This document shows positions 25,167 through 33,066 of a stretch of 33,066 nucleotides of DNA, piece by piece (position 1 is the first letter of the stretch; each line of letters starts with the position of its first letter). Under the pieces are notes generated by a model. The model ran no database searches and was not told where the DNA came from. It saw nothing but the letters and a program-made list of their open reading frames with translations. The stretch comes from Candidatus Nanoarchaeia archaeon (GTDB lineage Archaea; Nanobdellota; Nanobdellia; Pacearchaeales; GW2011-AR1): contig JBGPHA010000002.1 of NCBI GenBank assembly GCA_041484115.1, positions 1 through 33,066 of the forward strand, in the 5' to 3' direction. The position numbers and the translations under genes are program-made.

Positions 25167-25339
25167 TTCAAATTTTTCCACTTTTTTGGTTTTATGAGCT
25201 ACACTTATTTAAAGGCTTCTGATTACTTTAAGGTTACAAAAAAATAAAAATGGCAAAACTAGCTGAAAAAATATTTTTCTAAAAATTCCTCCTTAGTTAA
25301 AACACTATCTTTTAAAAACTAAGATATTCCTATAAAAAC

Positions 25340-27937
25340 ATGACAAAAATAATCAAAGCAAGCGAGAGCACCACTCAAGAGATAAAAGAAATACTGCATC
25401 CTCTAGTTAGCGAGTGGTTTTTTTCAAAATTTCCAGAATTTTCTCTGACGCAGAAATATGGAGTTTTAAGCATCTGGAAAAGAAAGAATATTCTTATTTC
25501 TGCAGAGACCGGAGGAACAAAAACCCTTACAGCTTTTCTTTCCATATTGAATTACTTAATAATCCTTGCTGAAAAACAAGAGCTAAAGAACAAGGTTTAC
25601 GCCGTTTATACAAGCCCGTTAAAAGCATTGAGTAATGATATCCACAAAAATCTCATAGAGCCTCTTCATGATATAGAAGATCTTGCAAAATCCAGAGATA
25701 TAAAACTCCAAAAAATAAGAATCTCTCTTAGAACAGGAGATACAACAGCTTCAGACAAAGCAAAAATGCTGAAAAATCCTCCCCACATTCTCATAACTAC
25801 TCCTGAATCCCTTGCAATAGTTTTAACGAGCAAGAATTTTATTAATAACATGAGAGAAGTTGAATTCTGCATTGTCGATGAAATTCACTCCCTAGACAAT
25901 AAACGTGGTGCCTATCTGAGCCTGACCCTTGAAAGATTGAACGAAGTAAGCACCACATGGCCTGTAAAAATTGGATTAAGTGCCACAATAGAACCAATGG
26001 AGGAAGTTGCTAAATATCTTGTTGGTGTTTCTGAAGAGAGAGAAGTTGAAATTGCAAAAATCAACTTGAACAAAAAGATAGACATCCAGGTCTTGTCTCC
26101 AGTAAAAAATATAATTGAAGATGAAGGTTTGCACTTGAAGATGTATGACTTGATTTCAAATCTAATTTCTAAACATAAAACAACTTTAATATTTACAAAT
26201 ACTCGTTCTGCAACAGAACGTGTCGTCAGTTTTCTGAAAGAAAGATTTCCCACAGAATATGGCGATGAAAATATTGCAGCTCATCACTCTTCCCTAAGTA
26301 AAGATCATAGGTTTGACATAGAGGAAAGACTCAGACAAGGAAAATTGAAAGTCGTTGTCTGTTCCACTAGCCTAGAACTTGGTATTGATATTGGATTTAT
26401 TGATTTGGTTATCATGCTTGGCTCTCCGAAATCGAGTTCTCGTGCTCTCCAGAGACTAGGAAGAGCAGGACACCAGCTCCACAACATGGCAAAGGGAAGA
26501 TTCATTATTCTTGACAGAGATGATCTGGTTGAATGTTCTGTAATCCAGAAAGAAATGGTAGAAAGAAAAATCAACGAAGTCAGATTCCCGAGAAATTGCC
26601 TCGATGTTTTAAGCCAGCAGATATTTGGAATGGCAATTTACAAAGTCTGGAAAGAGGAAGAGCTCTTTAAGCTTATCAGGAAGAGTTACTGCTATTCTGA
26701 TTTAACCAGGAGCGATTTCCTTGACATTATATCTTATCTTTCAGGAGAATACGCTCTGGAGAAAAACAATGTATATGGAAAAATCTGGTATGATAAGGAA
26801 ACCAAGGAAATAGGAAAAAGAGGGAAGCTTGCCCGTGTCCTCTATATGACAAATATAGGAACAATCCCTGAAGAATCTTTCATAAGAGTAAAAATTGCAG
26901 GAACAGAAGAGCCTATAGGAATGATTGACGAATCTTTCCTCTCGAAAATGAGAAAGGGAGATGTTTTTGTTTTAGGGGGCAAGAAATATCTTAACAGGTA
27001 TACGAGGGGCATGAATCTATATGTTTCCTCTGAAGTCAGGAGAAATCCAACAATACCCTCTTGGTTTTCCGAGATGCTTCCACTGAGCTTTGGCTCTGCT
27101 GTTGAAATAAATAAATTCCGTTCTTTAATGAAAAAGAAAATGAAATCAAACCAGTCAAAAGAACAAACCCTTGAATTTATTTCAACCTATCTCTATATTC
27201 CTAAAGAGTCTGCGGAGGCGATTTACAATTATTTCCTGGAGCAGCACAGTTTCCTGGAAATTCCTGATGAAAATACGATTCTCATTGAAAAATTTACAGA
27301 TCAAGATAAGAAGTACCTTATTTTCCATACCCTCTATGGCAGAAGGGTTAACGACGCTTTATCTAGAGCAATAGGATACATTATAGGTGCATTAGGTGGA
27401 CGAGACATTGAACTTGGAGTTTCTGACAATGGTTTCTACCTTTCGGGAGAGAACATGATGATAAAAAGAGCACTTGAAAATCTCAAAGAGAAAAACCTTG
27501 AAAAATACCTCAAAGAAGCTATAGACAGGACAGATATCTTAGCCAGAAGGTTCAGACACTGTGCCACGCGATCATTAATGATTCTCAGGAACTATAAGGG
27601 GCAAAGGAGAACAGTAGGCAAGCAGCAGATGAAATCCCACTTTCTGCTTGCAGCTGTAAAAAAAATAAGCAATGAGTTTCCTATTTTACGTGAAGCAAGG
27701 AGAGAAATTTTTGAGGATTTGATGGACATAGAAAATGCGAAGCTTATTCTTCATTGGATTGAACAGGGAAAAGTGAAAATAAAAGCTATGGAAGTCTCTG
27801 TTCCATCTCCATTTTCTCTTAATCTTATTTTGCAGGGTCATTCTGATCTGATAAGAATAGAAGACAAGCAGGCATTTTTAAGAAGAATGCATCAGTTGCA
27901 TATTCAGAACATAATGCAAAGAGGAATTTTACAATGA
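25340..27937 (+). CDS. lhr: Lhr-type superfamily 2 DEAD/DEAH-box helicase
   Basis: Motif I AETGGTKT, motif II DEIH, SAT (LSATI) and motif VI QRLGRAGH, plus a long C-terminal Lhr-like extension. 865 aa. Confidence 0.85.
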   Translation: MTKIIKASESTTQEIKEILHPLVSEWFFSKFPEFSLTQKYGVLSIWKRKNILISAETGGTKTLTAFLSILNYLIILAEKQELKNKVYAVYTSPLKALSNDIHKNLIEPLHDIEDLAKSRDIKLQKIRISLRTGDTTASDKAKMLKNPPHILITTPESLAIVLTSKNFINNMREVEFCIVDEIHSLDNKRGAYLSLTLERLNEVSTTWPVKIGLSATIEPMEEVAKYLVGVSEEREVEIAKINLNKKIDIQVLSPVKNIIEDEGLHLKMYDLISNLISKHKTTLIFTNTRSATERVVSFLKERFPTEYGDENIAAHHSSLSKDHRFDIEERLRQGKLKVVVCSTSLELGIDIGFIDLVIMLGSPKSSSRALQRLGRAGHQLHNMAKGRFIILDRDDLVECSVIQKEMVERKINEVRFPRNCLDVLSQQIFGMAIYKVWKEEELFKLIRKSYCYSDLTRSDFLDIISYLSGEYALEKNNVYGKIWYDKETKEIGKRGKLARVLYMTNIGTIPEESFIRVKIAGTEEPIGMIDESFLSKMRKGDVFVLGGKKYLNRYTRGMNLYVSSEVRRNPTIPSWFSEMLPLSFGSAVEINKFRSLMKKKMKSNQSKEQTLEFISTYLYIPKESAEAIYNYFLEQHSFLEIPDENTILIEKFTDQDKKYLIFHTLYGRRVNDALSRAIGYIIGALGGRDIELGVSDNGFYLSGENMMIKRALENLKEKNLEKYLKEAIDRTDILARRFRHCATRSLMILRNYKGQRRTVGKQQMKSHFLLAAVKKISNEFPILREARREIFEDLMDIENAKLILHWIEQGKVKIKAMEVSVPSPFSLNLILQGHSDLIRIEDKQAFLRRMHQLHIQNIMQRGILQ

Positions 27938-28659
27938 AATATGAATTTATAGATAAATCTCTGTTTTTCCCAGAGAAGGGAATCCTTGTAATTGGTGATT
28001 TACACATCGGCTATGATTATATGATAAGACAGTCAGGAGTCTTAATACCAGAGAGGCAGGTGAAAGACATAATTTCTGACCTGAAAGAGATATTTAATAG
28101 AATAAAAAAGGCAGGAAAAAAAATAAATAAGATAGTTTTTCTCGGAGATATAAAGCATGCTTTTTCCTATGAAGTAGAAGAAAAATACGATTTCCTTGAG
28201 GTGATGAGATTCCTAAAGCAGGAAATTCCAGAAGAAAACACAATCTTCATCAGAGGGAACCATGACACTATGGATTTTACTTACGGGAATATGAAAGATT
28301 ACTATATAGAATCTGGGATTGCATTCCTACATGGTCATAAGTCTTTCTTAGAGGTATTTGACAAGAAAGTCAAGGTGATTGTTTCAGGACATCTGCATCC
28401 TTCTGTGACTCTGCAGGAAAAGCCAGGAGTAAAGAAAGAAAGCTACAAATGTTTCCTTGAAGGTTCTTACAGGGGTAAGACTCTAATAGTAGTTCCTAGT
28501 TTTGTGGATTATTATGAGGGAACACCAGTCAATGATTACAGAGAAGATTATCTGGAAGATTTTTTCATCGTTCCAAAAAAAGAAATCTTAAAATTTAAGG
28601 TACATGTCATAGGCAAAGATAAAGTTTATAATTTTGGAGCAATTAAAGATTTAAATTAG
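27934..28659 (+). CDS. calcineurin-like metallophosphoesterase (SbcD/Mre11-related MPE)
   Basis: GDLHIG, GDIKH, GNHD and GHLHP motifs. ATGA start/stop overlap with lhr, and AGAGGA lies upstream. Confidence 0.85.
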   Translation: MKYEFIDKSLFFPEKGILVIGDLHIGYDYMIRQSGVLIPERQVKDIISDLKEIFNRIKKAGKKINKIVFLGDIKHAFSYEVEEKYDFLEVMRFLKQEIPEENTIFIRGNHDTMDFTYGNMKDYYIESGIAFLHGHKSFLEVFDKKVKVIVSGHLHPSVTLQEKPGVKKESYKCFLEGSYRGKTLIVVPSFVDYYEGTPVNDYREDYLEDFFIVPKKEILKFKVHVIGKDKVYNFGAIKDLN

Positions 28660-28673
28660 AATCTAGGTTAGAA

Positions 28674-29582
28674 TCACATTCTTTCAAGTTTTTTTATCCT
28701 ATCATCAATATCCGGATGTGTTGAGAAAAGGTTTGTTATTTTTTTCTTAAAGGGATCTGAAATAAATAAAGGGGCCATTGCTTTTGCAACTCCATGTTTT
28801 TTTTCTGCTTCTGAAACATGTTCATTTTTTATTTTTTTTAATGCGCTTGTCAATCCTGGGGGGTAACGTGTAAATTTTACGCCTGTTGCATCTGCCAGAT
28901 ATTCTCTTTTTCTTGAAATAGCTAAAGATACAAGCTGTGCAGCTATTGGAGCAAGAATGGCAAAAATAATTCCAAGAAGAATTAAAATTATCTGAGCATT
29001 TCCTTCTCTGTCTCGGTTAACATTTGAAAACCATAAACTTCTCAAAAACATCTGTGCAATTATAGAAACCATTCCAATAAGAACTGCTGCCAGGGTCATG
29101 AATCTTATATCATAATTGGCTATATGAGACATTTCATGTGAAACAACACCCTCTAGCTCTTGCTTATTCAGTTTTTCCAATGCCGCTGTGGTCACACAAA
29201 GAACTGCATGTTGCGGATCTCTTCCTGAAGCAAAAGCATTTATTGATTCTGATTCCATAACGTAAAGACGGGGCATTGGCAATCCTGAGGCTATAGACAT
29301 GTCTTCTGCTGCATTATAGAGCATTCTATGCTCTGTTTGTGAAGCGGGTTTTGCTCTTGCAGAGGCCAGAGAGATTTTATCAGAATTGTAATAGCTAATC
29401 AATACATAAGAAAGGGAAAAAATTATCGAAAAGACCATTATAATGAAAAAATAAGAAGGATCCAAGACCATTGAGATTATATAACCAAGAATTATGAAAA
29501 AAATGAATACGACTACAATTAAAATAAAGGATTTTATTTTATTCCATTGAATTTGATCATCGAACGAGATTCTTTCTTTCAT
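28674..29582 (-). CDS. htpX: M48-family zinc metalloprotease HtpX
   Basis: HEMSHI (HExxH) between TM helices, the downstream REYLADA glutamate, and a four-TM layout. GAGGGG lies 5 nt upstream of the ATG. Confidence 0.88.
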   Translation of the reverse strand: MKERISFDDQIQWNKIKSFILIVVVFIFFIILGYIISMVLDPSYFFIIMVFSIIFSLSYVLISYYNSDKISLASARAKPASQTEHRMLYNAAEDMSIASGLPMPRLYVMESESINAFASGRDPQHAVLCVTTAALEKLNKQELEGVVSHEMSHIANYDIRFMTLAAVLIGMVSIIAQMFLRSLWFSNVNRDREGNAQIILILLGIIFAILAPIAAQLVSLAISRKREYLADATGVKFTRYPPGLTSALKKIKNEHVSEAEKKHGVAKAMAPLFISDPFKKKITNLFSTHPDIDDRIKKLERM

Positions 29583-30214
29583 TTTAACCCCTCATTTTTC
29601 ATCTTTACAGCCTCTTTTATTAGCTGATTGTAATCATTTATATGGAAATCTTTTATCCTTCCATCTTTATCAAGTGTCAAGGTACTTATGCTGGCATTAT
29701 TTAGATGGTAATAAGCCCCCTCTGATGGCGGCAATCCTAAAGCATAAAGAATAAAATAAAGAGAAAATATTCCATGGCCTACAATTAAGATATTTTTGTT
29801 TTTATTATCCTTTAACAATTTTTTGTAAAATTCCCCTGCTCTGTTATAACATTCTGTCAGACTCTCGCCATTTTTTGGTTTAAATTTTTCAAATGGTATA
29901 CCAATTTTTCTAACTTTTTCTCCAAATTTATCCCAATCATCTTTTCCGTTATTTGAATAGACCCCCATATTATACTCTACAATATCTGAAGTATAATTTA
30001 TTGGAATGTCTTTAATAAAAGGTTTGATTTTTTCTAGAGTTTCTTTGGCCCTCTTCAATGTGCTGCAATACACAACTCCTAATTCTACATCTTTAAAATA
30101 TGATCCCAATCTTCTAGCTTGTTCTACTCCAACAGAAGTCAATTCTACATCTAATCCTGCTTTTTTTCTAGCATTTCTCTTTGATTGAGCATGTCTAACA
30201 ATATAAATGTTCAT
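29579..30214 (-). CDS. histidine phosphatase superfamily protein (phosphoglycerate-mutase-like)
   Basis: MNIYIVRHAQS (RHx catalytic motif) and LIVGHG. The track start at 30235 is GTG. ATG 30214 gives the canonical N-terminus, with TTTTTATAG about 25 nt upstream. ATGA overlap with htpX. Confidence 0.8.
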   Translation of the reverse strand: MNIYIVRHAQSKRNARKKAGLDVELTSVGVEQARRLGSYFKDVELGVVYCSTLKRAKETLEKIKPFIKDIPINYTSDIVEYNMGVYSNNGKDDWDKFGEKVRKIGIPFEKFKPKNGESLTECYNRAGEFYKKLLKDNKNKNILIVGHGIFSLYFILYALGLPPSEGAYYHLNNASISTLTLDKDGRIKDFHINDYNQLIKEAVKMKNEGLK

Positions 30215-30255
30215 TGTATTAAAAGAAATATTCACTATAAAAATATTTCAATAAT

Positions 30256-30801
30256 CTAAAAACTGACTTTTGGAACAGCTCTTTCTTCCTCTGGGATTTC
30301 AAAATACTTCTTTGGTGTTTTTCCATAAACTGAAGCAAATAAAACCCCTGGGAATCTTTTGCATAGATTGTTGTAACTTAGTATAGAATCATTATAATAC
30401 TGCCTTGCATATGCCACTTTATCTTCTATTGCGGCCAACTCCTCTTGTAGCTGCAAAAAGTTTTCATTGGCTTTTAACTGAGGATAGTTCTCTGCAATTG
30501 CTAAAATTGATTTTAAAGCATGCTGAAGCTCTGCCCCTTTGACAACCTTCTGCTCTATTGTTTTTGCGCCCATAAAAGCTTTCCTGGCATTTGTGACAGC
30601 TTCCATTATACCTTTCTCATGCTTTGCATATCCTTTCACAGAATTTACAAGATTAGGGACAAGGTCAGCTCTTTTCTTAAGCTGAACATCTATTTGAGAA
30701 AGCGAGTTGTCTATCCTATTTCCTAAAGTTACAAAACGATTATAATATAATACAAATACTAGCACAATAACAAAGAGTGCTCCAATAATCCACCATATCA
30801 T
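30256..30801 (-). CDS. lemA: LemA-family membrane protein
   Basis: N-terminal TM, then YNRFV...QIDVQLKRRADLVPNLV-type and ENYPQLKANENFLQLQEEL segments typical of LemA. Confidence 0.85.
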   Translation of the reverse strand: MIWWIIGALFVIVLVFVLYYNRFVTLGNRIDNSLSQIDVQLKKRADLVPNLVNSVKGYAKHEKGIMEAVTNARKAFMGAKTIEQKVVKGAELQHALKSILAIAENYPQLKANENFLQLQEELAAIEDKVAYARQYYNDSILSYNNLCKRFPGVLFASVYGKTPKKYFEIPEEERAVPKVSF

Positions 30802-30849
30802 TATTTTATTCTGTTTGCTTTATTTATAAAGTTTTTGAGAATCTGATTT

Positions 30850-31011
30850 CTAAATCTGCCCTGTTTCAGTAAACTTCTTCATTGCCTTTTCAAGAATTAC
30901 TTGAGGTGCAAAGCCCTTTCTGCTGCATGCCCTTACAAAATCATCATAGGCTTTTCTATCTACAGTATAATCTAGCTTTGCTTTTTGAGCTCCTGGTGGA
31001 TATGATGCCAT
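30850..31011 (-). CDS. possible 53-aa ribbon-helix-helix-like protein
   Basis: Hand-translated, below the track cutoff: MASYPPGAQKAKLDYTVDRKAYDDFVRACSRKGFAPQVILEKAMKKFTETGQI. It has a strand-helix-helix layout and lies 48 nt upstream of lemA on the same strand. Confidence 0.4.
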   Translation of the reverse strand: MASYPPGAQKAKLDYTVDRKAYDDFVRACSRKGFAPQVILEKAMKKFTETGQI

Positions 31012-31054
31012 GTTTTATTTAAACAAAATTAATTTATAAATATTGGGTTTGAAA

Positions 31055-31127
31055 ATGGGCCCGGAGGGATTCGAACCCTCATCGACTGCTCTGGAGGCAG
31101 TCAGACTAAACCGTTATCCTACGGACC
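31055..31127 (-). tRNA. tRNA-Trp (anticodon CCA), no intron, CCA end not encoded
   Basis: Hand-folded from GGGTCCGTAGGATAACGGTTTAGTCTGACTGCCTCCAGAGCAGTCGATGAGGGTTCGAATCCCTCCGGGCCCA. The anticodon stem is ACTGC/GCAGT, the loop is CTCCAGA, and the T arm is GAGGG-TTCGAAT-CCCTC. Confidence 0.92.
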
Positions 31128-31149
31128 CTTGAATTTATGAGAAAACTTT

Positions 31150-31159
31150 GATTTTTAAG
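31150..31159 (-). promoter_or_regulatory. TATA-box-like CTTAAAAATC upstream of tRNA-Trp
   Basis: Located 23-32 nt upstream of the tRNA 5' end (31127) on the minus strand. Confidence 0.45.
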
Positions 31160-31160
31160 T

Positions 31161-31859
31161 CTATCCAAGTTTTTTTATCTGTTCTATCTCGTCTCCAGAA
31201 ATAGCAGCACCCTTGAACTTTAGCGCATAGAGAAGCGCATCTAAAAGCATTTCATTTTTCAAACCCACTATGTTTTTTTTGTAGGCCACGTAAGCAAGTT
31301 CAGGAGATCTTATTATTTTATAACCCTTGAAGAACTTTAGGTTTCCTTCTTTTATCTTTATTTTAGTGTTCATTCTTTCTTCAAAAATGTTTTTTAGGTT
31401 TTCTGGTTTTTCAACGAGAAGCCTAGCGGTTCTTTCATCAATAGCAACAACATTTGCTATTCCTTTTTCCGTGAGAATTTTGCTCAAACCTAAACAAGAA
31501 GCTTCTCCATGATCTAAAATGTGTATATCTTTCCCATTCCCATTAAAAGTGGAATTTGCAATTTCTAAAAAATCACCATCTTCTTTTTCAATCTCAGAGT
31601 CTTTTATTCCAAGAGAAATTGGAAGCTCTAGAATACCTTCATCCAGAAGAGCCTTAATTTTCAAAGCCTCCAGCTCAAATTTTTTTATCCTTAAAGGAAC
31701 ATCAATGATCTCTCCCTTTACTTCAGAAGTTATCAAAAATTTTCCTGGAAAAATATCTTTAAGTCTTCTTATGATATCCATCATTCCATTCATTGAAAAA
31801 CTTATCAATACTCCTGAATCAAAGACTATTACTTTATTATTTTGAATTTGTTTTTTCAT
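31161..31859 (-). CDS. PIN-domain protein (DUF3368/COG2405-like), enlarged
   Basis: Acidic PIN residues in VIVFDSGVLI, TSEVKGE, LDHGEASCLGLS and VAIDERTARLL. The C-terminal GAAISGDEIEQIKKLG resembles the family tail. ATGA overlap with the upstream gene. Confidence 0.65.
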   Translation of the reverse strand: MKKQIQNNKVIVFDSGVLISFSMNGMMDIIRRLKDIFPGKFLITSEVKGEIIDVPLRIKKFELEALKIKALLDEGILELPISLGIKDSEIEKEDGDFLEIANSTFNGNGKDIHILDHGEASCLGLSKILTEKGIANVVAIDERTARLLVEKPENLKNIFEERMNTKIKIKEGNLKFFKGYKIIRSPELAYVAYKKNIVGLKNEMLLDALLYALKFKGAAISGDEIEQIKKLG

Positions 31860-32416
31860 TCAAACATCTCCATGGCCATTTTAATTCTTGCCTTTACATC
31901 GATTGTTTTCATCTGTGGAGTATCTATAGTCTCTTTTGACCCAGAATATTCTGCAAGCTCGAAAAGACTAATTCCAAGAAGGCTTGCAGTTTTTTCCATA
32001 GAAAGTCCATGCTCATATAATTTTGATGCTCTGTTTATGCTTGCCTTCCTGAAAACATCTTGAATATAAAGTTTAAGCTTTCCGGATATATTATCTATCG
32101 CTTTTCTTATGAGAGTTATATCTTTTCTGAAAGCTTCATCATTTCCTTTTTTTAACTCATTAATAATCCTATCTATTGCCCCTATGTAAATTCCATAAAA
32201 TTTATTCCAGCCAGGAAGTTTTTTGTAGTCCTCTCTTTCCATGATTTTGCTTAAAGAATAAACAATTACTGCAGTAGCGATATTGTCAGGGTCTTGTGTT
32301 AGGGAAGCGGTATTATTTGTCTGATTGCTAAGAATTTTTATTGCTGTAGAATCTCCTCTTTCTATAGCCTTTTTTGTTTCTTGAAAAATCCTGAGAATAT
32401 TATCCCTCTCTTGCAT
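31856..32416 (-). CDS. helical protein with a C-terminal UPF0175-like HTH (candidate antitoxin/regulator partner of the PIN gene)
   Basis: The C-terminal segment ASKLYEHGLSMEKTASLLGISLFELAEY resembles UPF0175/COG2886 antitoxin-like HTHs. About 130 aa of extra N-terminal helical domain. Confidence 0.55.
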   Translation of the reverse strand: MQERDNILRIFQETKKAIERGDSTAIKILSNQTNNTASLTQDPDNIATAVIVYSLSKIMEREDYKKLPGWNKFYGIYIGAIDRIINELKKGNDEAFRKDITLIRKAIDNISGKLKLYIQDVFRKASINRASKLYEHGLSMEKTASLLGISLFELAEYSGSKETIDTPQMKTIDVKARIKMAMEMFE

Positions 32417-32516
32417 TATATCCTTTAGAAATTAATATTAATAAATGTTAAGTTTTGTACTCTTTTATAGAACAGCAAATCTTATTAACTTTCAAAATAA
32501 TTTTTAATTTGATAAA

Positions 32517-32777
32517 ATGCCAGAAAATATAAACACAATAGAAGAATATAGACATCTTTTTCAGAAATATTCAAACGAGCTTAGTACAGAATTAGCTAAT
32601 GATTTATACAGAAATTCCGATTGTTCTTCAAATTTATTGGCTTTACAGGAAAGGATTAGTGAAGCTATCCATAATCAAAAAATGCCTGTACAAATAAGGG
32701 AAACATTAATTTTCCATATAGGTTCTTTAGAAGGCCTTTGCCAACGAGCAAGAGACGCTGTTGCACAAGTAAAATAA
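32517..32777 (+). CDS. hypothetical 86-aa helical protein
   Basis: ATG ORF with an AT-rich upstream region shared divergently with 31856-32416. No family recognised. Confidence 0.4.
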   Translation: MPENINTIEEYRHLFQKYSNELSTELANDLYRNSDCSSNLLALQERISEAIHNQKMPVQIRETLIFHIGSLEGLCQRARDAVAQVK

Positions 32778-32782
32778 TAATG

Positions 32783-33034
32783 TTAAGTTCTTGAATTAGG
32801 CGTCATCACTTGAATTTTCCTATAAAGATCCAAATGGTTTGCTTCAAGGTATTCAAGTGCTCTCCAAGGGATTCTGGAAATGTCTTTTTCTGTTTTTATT
32901 ATTGATAAATAGGCATCTATAATTTCAGGAGTTCTTTCATCTCTTTTTTCTGATAAATCTTTAATGAATGTTATTAATTTGGACGTTAAATCAATATTGG
33001 TGTTAGTCTCATTTATTTTTTCCGAAGCGTCCAT
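32783..33034 (-). CDS. hypothetical protein, possibly 5'-truncated by the window edge
   Basis: First ATG at 33034, but the frame stays open upstream to 33066 (..RKIKEAGKYL-MDASEK), so the true start may lie outside the window. Confidence 0.4.
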   Translation of the reverse strand: MDASEKINETNTNIDLTSKLITFIKDLSEKRDERTPEIIDAYLSIIKTEKDISRIPWRALEYLEANHLDLYRKIQVMTPNSRT

Positions 33035-33066
33035 TAAATACTTTCCAGCTTCTTTTATTTTTCTGA

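Noticed and set aside
8485-25181. Inteins in the usual archaeal host proteins (RpoA, RpoB, aEF-2, NrdJ, Lhr).
   Set aside because: Their lengths are at or below family norms. Conserved motifs are contiguous, with no insertion carrying Cys/Ser...HN splice junctions or LAGLIDADG blocks.
25182-25339. Cobalamin riboswitch or other structured leader upstream of the B12-dependent nrdJ.
   Set aside because: The spacer is almost pure A/T with no G+C-rich helices and no B12-box-like element. It looks like a divergent promoter region.
1-33066. CRISPR arrays, tandem repeats, IS elements and rRNA genes.
   Set aside because: Reading both strands showed no regularly spaced direct repeats, no transposase-like ORFs and no rRNA-like G+C-rich stretches. 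The only G+C-rich non-coding islands are the two tRNAs.

Overview
This is an AT-rich (about one-third G+C by eye), very gene-dense archaeal chromosome segment. I call 39 protein genes, 33 of them on the minus strand, and 2 tRNAs. I see no rRNA, CRISPR array, transposase or integrase. Positions 1606-15469 hold the conserved archaeal transcription/translation supercluster rpoH-rpoB-rpoA-nusA-rps12-rps7-aEF2-aEF1alpha. It has three unusual properties. (i) The largest RNAP subunit is one unsplit, compact 1161-aa ORF instead of separate A' and A'' genes. (ii) L30e and S10 are absent from their usual slots. (iii) Several unrecognisable or lineage-specific genes are wedged into the cluster: a 102-aa ORF translationally coupled between S12 and S7, a 74-aa ORF, a PAP2 phosphatase, and an opposite-strand membrane protein plus zinc-ribbon pair. 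Next comes what I consider the most interesting candidate system, a copper-handling operon at 16543-21113. It consists of a membrane-tethered winged-helix regulator with a Cys/Met-rich outer loop, a 7-TM Met/Gly/Cys-rich membrane protein of no family I recognise, a cupredoxin-like exported protein with a Cys/Gly tail, CopZ, and an HMA-less His-rich CopA, possibly also DJ-1/PfpI. The rest of the window holds a compositionally atypical ORF next to tRNA-Lys and a deoxynucleotide cluster (thioredoxin, dUTPase, DUF1653, class II RNR). It also holds an Lhr helicase/metallophosphoesterase pair, a small RHH-like ORF followed by LemA, a histidine phosphatase and HtpX, then tRNA-Trp. The window ends with an enlarged UPF0175-like HTH/PIN pair and two small unknown ORFs. 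A small-genome (DPANN-like) archaeon is my guess for the source; that is inference only. All family calls come from motif recognition by eye, because no searches could be run.
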